DNA of 18,467 nt, taken from assembly GCA_937968065.1 (NCBI GenBank), contig CALBUD010000025.1:1-18467 (forward strand). The letters run 5' to 3'. Position numbers and translations under genes: made by a program. Under the pieces are notes generated by a model. It was given only the letters and a program-made list of their open reading frames with translations, had not been told where the DNA came from and did no database searches. Shown piece after piece: positions 6,877 to 13,808 of this stretch; position 1 is the stretch's first letter, and the number at the start of each line of letters is the position of its first letter. This DNA is from Candidatus Iainarchaeum sp. (GTDB taxonomy: Archaea > Iainarchaeota > Iainarchaeia > Iainarchaeales > CSSED10-239).

Positions 6877-8406
6877 ATGGATAAAAAACAACTCTCTCAA
6901 TTAAAAGAGTTTTTTAAAGATATTGATTTAGAAAATATCAAATATAGAGAATTACAAAAATTAAAATCAGAGTTTGCAAAAAAATATAACACATCTAAAC
7001 TACCATTAACTTCAGATCTTTTAAATTGTTTAAAGATACAAAAACCAACAGATACTTTTATAACAAAACCTTCAAGGACTTTATCTGGAGTTACAATAAT
7101 TTCTGTTATGACAAAACCAGATAAATGTCCTGGAAATTGTATTTTTTGCCCTACTTTTAAAGATACTCCTAAAAGCTATACTGGTTTTGAACCTGCGAGC
7201 ATGCGAGGAAAATTAAATAACTTTAATCCTTATAAACAAATAAAAGATAGACTTGCACAACTTAAGGCAATAGGACACCCTACAAACAAATTAGAATTAA
7301 TTATTATGGGAGGAACCTTTCCTGCAACTGATGTTAAATATCAAAAAGAATTTATGATTAAGTGTTTTCAAGCAATTACAAATTCAAAGAGCACAGATTT
7401 AAATCATTTAAAAAAATTATTAATGAAATCTAAGAGAAGAGTTGTTGGAATTACATTTGAAACAAGACCTGATTATTGTGATGAAAAAATAATTAAAAGA
7501 CTACTTGATTTTGGAGGAACAAGAGTTGAAATTGGAGCTCAAACAGTTCAAGATGAAGTACATTTGTTTGTTAAAAGAGGACATACTATAAAAGAAATTA
7601 TTGAAAGTACTAGAAAATTAAAAGACTCTGGTTTTAAGGTACTTTATCATATGATGTTAAACCTTCCTTCTAGTAATCTTAAAAAAGATTTTGAAGATTT
7701 TAAAGAAATTTTTAAAAATCCAGATTATTGTCCAGATATGATTAAGATATACCCTTGTTTAGTTACAGAAAACAGTGTTCTTGAAAAAATGTATTATGCA
7801 GGCAAATATAAGTCATATTCTGAAAAAGATGTTATAAAACTAATTGCTGATATTAAAGAAATAGTACCTAAATGGGTAAGAATAATGAGAGTTCAAAGAG
7901 ATATACCAGCAACAAAAATTCTTGCAGGTATGACAAAAAGTAATTTGAGAGAACTTGTTTTTAAAGAAATGGAAAGAAGAAAAACAAAGTGTAATTGTAT
8001 TAGATGTTGTGAACCTAAATCAAATATAGATAATATTAAAAAATACAGTATTAAAAAAATCAAATATGCAGCATCTAAAGGAAAAGAATACTTTATATAT
8101 GCTGAAAAAGAAAATTATTTATTAGGATTTTTAAGATTAAGAATACCGTTTAAACCTTTTGTTAAAGAAATTACAAAAAAAACAGCAATTGTTAGAGAAT
8201 TACATGTTTATGGACAAGCAACTAAGTTTAAAGATAAAAATATTCAACATAGAGGTGTTGGAAAAAAACTATTAAAGATAGCAGAAGAAATTGCAAGAAA
8301 AGAAAAAATGAATAAAGTTGCTGTTATTAGTGGTATTGGAGTTAGAGAATATTATAAAAAACAAGGATATAAACTTGAAAAGATATATATGGTAAAAAAG
8401 ATTTAA
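6877..8406 (+). CDS. elp3: Elp3-family tRNA U34 modification enzyme (radical SAM plus GNAT acetyltransferase)
   Basis: 509-aa ORF. Radical-SAM cysteine motif CPGNCIFC at 7126-7149 (CX3CX2C). TIM-barrel-type blocks: ELIIMGGTFPA, GITFETRPDYC, RVEIGAQTVQDEV, RGH. Cys-rich KCNCIRCCE segment. C-terminal GNAT motif A: VRELHVYG ... QHRGVGKKLLKIAEEIA. This domain order is diagnostic of Elp3. Confidence 0.9.
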   Translation: MDKKQLSQLKEFFKDIDLENIKYRELQKLKSEFAKKYNTSKLPLTSDLLNCLKIQKPTDTFITKPSRTLSGVTIISVMTKPDKCPGNCIFCPTFKDTPKSYTGFEPASMRGKLNNFNPYKQIKDRLAQLKAIGHPTNKLELIIMGGTFPATDVKYQKEFMIKCFQAITNSKSTDLNHLKKLLMKSKRRVVGITFETRPDYCDEKIIKRLLDFGGTRVEIGAQTVQDEVHLFVKRGHTIKEIIESTRKLKDSGFKVLYHMMLNLPSSNLKKDFEDFKEIFKNPDYCPDMIKIYPCLVTENSVLEKMYYAGKYKSYSEKDVIKLIADIKEIVPKWVRIMRVQRDIPATKILAGMTKSNLRELVFKEMERRKTKCNCIRCCEPKSNIDNIKKYSIKKIKYAASKGKEYFIYAEKENYLLGFLRLRIPFKPFVKEITKKTAIVRELHVYGQATKFKDKNIQHRGVGKKLLKIAEEIARKEKMNKVAVISGIGVREYYKKQGYKLEKIYMVKKI

Positions 8407-8407
8407 T

Positions 8408-8725
8408 ATGGATAAAAATGAAAGATTAATTGAAATGGTTGAAAAAGAACCAGAACTTTTAAAAATACTTAATTCTGAAGAGCATATGCGTGTTTTGCTT
8501 GAAATTAATAGAAAAGCACAAAAAAATGAAGAACTTAAGGTAAATATATATTTTAAAAATGTATCTATACTATATAATATATTAGATACACTTATATCAA
8601 ACAAATTAATTAAAAAAACAGAAATTGATAAAGACATAGTTTATTATCTTACAGATAAAGGAGAAGAGTTTGTTGAGTTGTATCTAAACACAAAAGAGAA
8701 ATTTAACTTAGGTGGTGAAAACTAA
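8408..8725 (+). CDS. Small winged helix-turn-helix (ArsR/TrmB-like) protein, putative transcription regulator
   Basis: 105-aa ORF whose ATG lies 1 nt after the elp3 stop. The pattern ELLKILNSEEHMRVLLEI ... VSILYNILDTLISNKLIKKTEIDKDIVYYLTDKGEEF matches a wHTH layout: helix, recognition helix, then a wing ending in Y-L-T-x-x-G. Confidence 0.55.
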   Translation: MDKNERLIEMVEKEPELLKILNSEEHMRVLLEINRKAQKNEELKVNIYFKNVSILYNILDTLISNKLIKKTEIDKDIVYYLTDKGEEFVELYLNTKEKFNLGGEN

Positions 8726-9076
8726 ATGAAAACATTTTTAGGAATTTTAAGTACTGGAAAAGGTACTTGGGGGCAAGTTGCACACATTATTGATAACACA
8801 GATTACGACAAAGTTTATTTAATATCTAATGAATGGGCACAAGATAAGTTTACTTGTTCAAAAAAAGTAAATTGGATAATCATTGATCCTAGAAAAGGAT
8901 TTTCAGAAATTGTAACAGATATTGAAAATCAAATTGCAAAAGATTTAAATGATATTGAACTTAATCTTCATTCAGGAAGTGGAAAAGAGCATAGTGCAAT
9001 ATTATCTATATTATTAAAAAACAAAATTAAATTTAAAATTGTAACAATTAATGCAGATGGTATAGTAAGATATTAA
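8726..9076 (+). CDS. Small alpha/beta (Rossmann-like) protein with two Gly-rich loops; possible minimal CARF-like or nucleotide-binding sensor domain
   Basis: 116-aa ORF whose ATG immediately follows the wHTH stop (TAA-ATG). A strong SD (AGGTGGTGA) is embedded in the end of the upstream gene. The hydrophobic strand/amphipathic helix pattern alternates: TFLGILS, KVYLISN, NWIIID, IELNLHS, KFKIVTI. The loops are STGKGTW (8750-8770) and NLHSGSGK (8963-8986). Confidence 0.55.
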   Translation: MKTFLGILSTGKGTWGQVAHIIDNTDYDKVYLISNEWAQDKFTCSKKVNWIIIDPRKGFSEIVTDIENQIAKDLNDIELNLHSGSGKEHSAILSILLKNKIKFKIVTINADGIVRY

Positions 9077-9096
9077 ATGATAGGGGATAAATTAAA

Positions 9097-12000
9097 TTGT
9101 TAAATAAAAAATATTTAATAATTTTTTTATTAGTTATTTTAGTTGGGCTTTCTGGCTGTATTGACTTTATAACCACACAAGAAAAGCAAGCTTGTCTTGC
9201 TTTAACTCATTTTTCTTCAACTTCTATATTGGGTTGTAGCACTCAAAATTCTTGCTACAAACAAGTTGAAAATTTGGATATTTTATCAAATGAAAATTTA
9301 CCATATGAAATATCTAATGATATTTTAATGTATGAAAATTATGTTGCTTCTAGTTATTATTATTATAACCAAAGTTCTAAACTTTTAGAAAAAATAAATA
9401 ATGCTTGTTTTAATGAAAAACCTAAAGATTTAGTTGAGAATGTTAATGAACTTATGTTTTTCTTTTCTCAGTTGTTTGAATATTTAGATAAAACATCTAA
9501 ACAAAGCATATTTTTGTTAATCGATTATTCTATTTATCTTGAAAAAGAAGAAGTTTATTTAATTCCTGAAGAAAAATTATATGATGACTTTATTTTGTTA
9601 AATAATAATTTAAATCAATTAAAAGAAATAAAAAATAAAGATACATATGTTTATAGAATAAATGAAGAAGTTGAAAATCTTCATTATCTTGCTCAAGATC
9701 TTGGATTTAATAGGACATATATATCTAAACAGAATTTTAGTGATTTATCTGAATATTATTTAAAAGTGTATGAAGAAGAAGTAAGTGCACATGAGATTTA
9801 CATTCCAGAAGTTTTTGAAATTGGGAGTTATGTTTTTAAAAAAATATCTGATATTGAAAGTTTAAGAAAAATTAATCTTAATCTTAATAGAATTGAAAGC
9901 TATAATTTTTATAATGTTTTAAATAGATTTATTGGAAAAGACAACTCTATATTGATTGATTTTAAAGAAATAAATAATAATGTAAATAATAATTTAGAAA
10001 ACGTTTTTTTAAAAATAAAACATTTAGAAATAAGTATTGAAGATAATCAAAAATATTTGACCGAAGATACATATCTTGAGTTTAAACAAAATAAAAATTC
10101 TTTTAAAAATAAAGAAATTAGTTTTGGAAGATATCTTGCATATCTAAAAACAATTGATAATTTGGTATCTAAAAACAAAATAAATTTAGATCTTTTAGAT
10201 GCTGAAGAAAAAAGATTGCTTTTAGAGTGTGATTTGGTAATAGCTGATGCAAAAACATACACTAATATTTTTTATAAAACTAAAATTGATGAATATTTGT
10301 TAAATGATAGTTTTATTGAAAAAATAAAAATTTGTGATCAATTAAAACAAGCAATAAATGAAGATTTTTGTCTTTTAAAAATAAATAATTTTTTAACCAC
10401 AGAAGTTTTAGAAACAAAAGAATATGAGTTGTTTATTTTTGAAGATGATTTGATGTGTAGAGAAACAGTTGGAAATATTAATTATAAGTTAAGTTCTAAT
10501 GAAAAAATATTGTTAATTGAAAAAATATTATTTGGTTTAAAACAATATATACAAGAGATAGAAACAAATGTTATAAAAAACGAAAATAAAAAAAGAATTA
10601 TTGAAATAAAAGAAATTGTTTTAAAAATTGATTTTGAAGAAAATATTGTAAAAATTATTAATATAGATTCTAAAATAGATAGATTAATAGAGCAAGAAAA
10701 AGAATTAGATGGTATTGCAAAAAATAGTATTGTTGAAAATAAATTGTTTGATATAAAACATGTAGAGGGAGAATATTATTTTAATATTTATAATCCTTAT
10801 TTTAAAACAATAGAAGAAGTTAGTTTTGAAAATAGATATAACGAAATAACAAGTGATAACCCTAACCTTAAAATTACAACTACTAAGATTACTGCACAAA
10901 AATTATTTTCTGGAGATAATTTATATAAGATAAATTATATTAATAAAAAAATAATTACTTTTGATATATTGAGATTAGATTTAGAAGAATCAATTATAAA
11001 AGTTAATATAAAAAATGAAGTAGAAGGTATTTATGATTTTTTTGATTTTATACCAGGATTTAAAACAAATTCTTCACAAGTTGATATAAATAATTCAAAA
11101 ATAACTTATTTGACAGAAAAAGAAAATAATATTTTTCTTTTTGGAAACTTATTTGAAAGAGAAAGTAATATAGAGGTAGATGAAATTTACTTAGATAAAT
11201 ATATATTAATTGAAAAAATTTCAGTTAAAAATAATTATTTAAAAAATATTGATCAAAAAATTTATTTTAAACCAATCAATAACACAGAAACAATAATTAT
11301 TACAGAAAATAAAAAAGAAATCACGCCTGTTATTGAAAATGGATACGTTACATTTATATTAAAAATAAATCAAAAAGAAACAAAACACTATGAAATACAA
11401 ATGTTGAAAGAAAAAGAAGAAATAAACTTGTTAGTTGAAACATATCTTTTAAAATTAAATAAATATCAATTATCAAGATTTGAAAATATTAAAAACGAAA
11501 GTGAGATTTTATTTAAAGATATAAAAAGTATAAATTTAAATAAAGAATATTCTATTACAGATATTAAAAAAATATTAGATAAAACAAATTATTTCGAAAA
11601 TATTGATTTAAAAATAAATAATTCAGAACTTGCAGAAATAAATTATTTAAAGTTATATAATAACATAAACCTAGAAGAATTAACAGTTTCTGAAAAAAAC
11701 AAATTAGATAAGATAGATTATAATAAATATAAAGATATTGTTGATGCAGAAGAAGAATTGAAAAAGTTATTACTTGAAATTCAAGAAAGAAAAAATGAAG
11801 AAGAAGAAACAAAAATCAAAATTGATGAAATACAATTGAATAACTTAAAAGAAAAAATAACTAAATATAATTTAGAAGGTATAGAGTTAAGTAAATATAA
11901 AGATTTAGAAGAGATCGATAAAATAATTAAAGATAAATTAAAAGAACATGCTCAAAATATATATTTAAACATAAATCCAGATATAACTGGTTTAAACACA

Positions 12001-12579
12001 AGAAAGATTGAAGAGTTAATAAATAAGATTTATATATTATACGAAGATTATTCTTTAAGAGATTTATATAACATCAATTATTTTGCAAGCATAACTATTA
12101 ATGACGCAGAAAGACTTGAAAAAAACAAAGATTTTTTAGATACTGTTATGTTTAATAATGAACTTTTAAAATTTGAAGAAAATTATAATGCAGAAGAATA
12201 TGAAAAAGCAATAAATTCTATTTCTACTCAGACTATAAGTAGAATTGAAAAAATAAAAACTGAAATGAATTTATTAGAAAAAGGACTAGAAGAAGTTAAA
12301 AAAGATGCAAAAGAACTAATTACTTCTTCTCAAAAAAATAATTTTGATTCTGAAATATTAGAATTTGCAAAAGTTAATTATGAGAATGAAAAATATCTAA
12401 ACACAATTATTTTATTAAAAGAAAATAAAGTAAATAAAAATAAACTAAATATAAATCAATATTTAATAGGAATTGTTATAGTTTTTATTTTTGGACTAAT
12501 ATATGCTTATTTTAAGATAGGGAATAAGAAAAAAGAAGAAACAAAACAAGAGAAGAAAAAAAAGATTATAAGACACTAA
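9097..12579 (+). CDS. Giant (1160 aa) surface protein: signal peptide with lipobox, long coiled-coil-rich ectodomain, C-terminal TM anchor with K-rich tail
   Basis: The longest ORF in the window. It has a TTG start (9097-9099) preceded by AGGGGAT (9082-9088). There is no in-frame ATG until about residue 77, so TTG is needed to keep the signal peptide MLNKKYLIIFLLVILVGLSGC (lipobox LSGC, Cys codon 9157-9159). The C-terminus is YLIGIVIVFIFGLIYAYFKIGNKKKEETKQEKKKKIIRH. Confidence 0.8.
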   Translation: MLNKKYLIIFLLVILVGLSGCIDFITTQEKQACLALTHFSSTSILGCSTQNSCYKQVENLDILSNENLPYEISNDILMYENYVASSYYYYNQSSKLLEKINNACFNEKPKDLVENVNELMFFFSQLFEYLDKTSKQSIFLLIDYSIYLEKEEVYLIPEEKLYDDFILLNNNLNQLKEIKNKDTYVYRINEEVENLHYLAQDLGFNRTYISKQNFSDLSEYYLKVYEEEVSAHEIYIPEVFEIGSYVFKKISDIESLRKINLNLNRIESYNFYNVLNRFIGKDNSILIDFKEINNNVNNNLENVFLKIKHLEISIEDNQKYLTEDTYLEFKQNKNSFKNKEISFGRYLAYLKTIDNLVSKNKINLDLLDAEEKRLLLECDLVIADAKTYTNIFYKTKIDEYLLNDSFIEKIKICDQLKQAINEDFCLLKINNFLTTEVLETKEYELFIFEDDLMCRETVGNINYKLSSNEKILLIEKILFGLKQYIQEIETNVIKNENKKRIIEIKEIVLKIDFEENIVKIINIDSKIDRLIEQEKELDGIAKNSIVENKLFDIKHVEGEYYFNIYNPYFKTIEEVSFENRYNEITSDNPNLKITTTKITAQKLFSGDNLYKINYINKKIITFDILRLDLEESIIKVNIKNEVEGIYDFFDFIPGFKTNSSQVDINNSKITYLTEKENNIFLFGNLFERESNIEVDEIYLDKYILIEKISVKNNYLKNIDQKIYFKPINNTETIIITENKKEITPVIENGYVTFILKINQKETKHYEIQMLKEKEEINLLVETYLLKLNKYQLSRFENIKNESEILFKDIKSINLNKEYSITDIKKILDKTNYFENIDLKINNSELAEINYLKLYNNINLEELTVSEKNKLDKIDYNKYKDIVDAEEELKKLLLEIQERKNEEEETKIKIDEIQLNNLKEKITKYNLEGIELSKYKDLEEIDKIIKDKLKEHAQNIYLNINPDITGLNTRKIEELINKIYILYEDYSLRDLYNINYFASITINDAERLEKNKDFLDTVMFNNELLKFEENYNAEEYEKAINSISTQTISRIEKIKTEMNLLEKGLEEVKKDAKELITSSQKNNFDSEILEFAKVNYENEKYLNTIILLKENKVNKNKLNINQYLIGIVIVFIFGLIYAYFKIGNKKKEETKQEKKKKIIRH

Positions 12580-12641
12580 TTAATAGAAAATAAGATAATT
12601 ATATAAATTATTTGATAGTATTTATATATTGGGAATTAAAT

Positions 12642-13808
12642 ATGTTTAAAAAAAATATGTTATTTATAATTGGATTATTACTCTTAATCTCTAGTGGAAT
12701 CTATGGAAGTGTTTTAGATGAAAAAACCTTGCAAGATATAACACCAGGAGATTTAATTATAAATAAAGATGAAAGCATATGTCAAGAATATTCTTTTTCC
12801 ATAGCAGGTATTGATGATAAGTCAAAAGCTTTTTTGCAATTATTTATTAAAAATTATATTCCTATTCAATCTAATGTAAGTATAACTGTATTTTTAGATG
12901 ATATTGAGATTAAAGAAGTAAAAAATAAAGATATATTAGAAAAAAATATAATTGAGCTAACTAATATAAAGTCAGAAAACAATCTAAAAATCTGTATTGA
13001 AAATAATTATTTACCAAGAATTGTGATAGATCAAAAAAGTATTATAGGTAATTATTATGTTGGAGAGATTAAAGAAGATGATTTTTATCAAAATGCACCT
13101 ACAACGGCTTACACTAACACTATGATACCAATTGATTTATTTGTAAGAAATAGTGGATATGATGATTTATATATTGAAGTTATAAATGCTACTGATAAAT
13201 TTATATATAATTCAAATCTTGAAAATGTTTCTGGAGAAACACATTTTAAAGGAATTTTAAAATCACAAGAAACACTCACATTAAATTATTTTGTAAAAAC
13301 TAGTTTAGATACTTCTTTTGCAACTCCACTTGCTAAATTGACTTACACAGATAATTTTGGAGTTAAACATACAAGATTAATAGAAACAAAAGTAATAAAC
13401 TTAATTGAACAAGAATCAAATATACAAGTATATACAGATATATTTAGAAAAATAGAGCCAAATAAAGAATATAAAGGTAATCTTATAATTAGAAATAATT
13501 CTGAAAAGATAATTTCTGATATTTATATATTTAATAATTTTAAGGGCACAATTATTTTAGATACAGACTATATTAATGAAATAGAACCAAAAAATGTAAT
13601 TGAAATTCCATTTTTAATAAAAACATATAAAGAAGATACATATCCTCTTAATTTTAATATTTATTATAAGACAAACAATATTGAAAAAAATGTAGGGTCT
13701 CCACTTATAAATATAATTTCAGAGAACGAAGAAAATAAAGAAAGTACAGCAATAACAATTTTAATTATTTTAACTATAATTTTATTTATATGGATTGTTA
13801 AAATTTAA
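12642..13808 (+). CDS. Surface protein with signal peptide, Ig-like (CARDB-like) repeats and a C-terminal TM anchor; function unknown
   Basis: Start moved to the ATG at 12642 (MFKKNMLFIIGLLLLISSGIYG is a good signal peptide); the TTG-extended ORF from 12612 adds only 10 non-signal residues. Two segments fit a beta-sandwich surface-domain pattern: IPIDLFVRNSGYDDLYIEVINA and YKGNLIIRNNSEKIISDIYIFNNF. The C-terminal TM is AITILIILTIILFIWIVKI. Confidence 0.72.
   Translation: MFKKNMLFIIGLLLLISSGIYGSVLDEKTLQDITPGDLIINKDESICQEYSFSIAGIDDKSKAFLQLFIKNYIPIQSNVSITVFLDDIEIKEVKNKDILEKNIIELTNIKSENNLKICIENNYLPRIVIDQKSIIGNYYVGEIKEDDFYQNAPTTAYTNTMIPIDLFVRNSGYDDLYIEVINATDKFIYNSNLENVSGETHFKGILKSQETLTLNYFVKTSLDTSFATPLAKLTYTDNFGVKHTRLIETKVINLIEQESNIQVYTDIFRKIEPNKEYKGNLIIRNNSEKIISDIYIFNNFKGTIILDTDYINEIEPKNVIEIPFLIKTYKEDTYPLNFNIYYKTNNIEKNVGSPLINIISENEENKESTAITILIILTIILFIWIVKI

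Noticed and set aside
8272-8637. 121-aa antisense ORF spanning the elp3/wHTH junction
   Set aside because: It lies opposite the conserved GNAT motif of Elp3 and the wHTH gene. Its composition (F/S/I/L-rich) is what antisense of K/E/N-rich coding DNA produces.
10047-11812. Three antisense ORFs (10047-10262, 10705-10899, 11564-11812) inside the 1160-aa gene
   Set aside because: All three are nested opposite one uninterrupted 3.5-kb ORF. They are hydrophobic and low-complexity artefacts of the AT-rich antisense strand.
12612-12641. TTG-initiated extension (MIVFIYWELN) of the 12612-13808 ORF
   Set aside because: The ATG at 12642 gives a canonical signal peptide (MFKKNMLFIIGLLLLISSG). The extension adds non-signal residues and has no better RBS.
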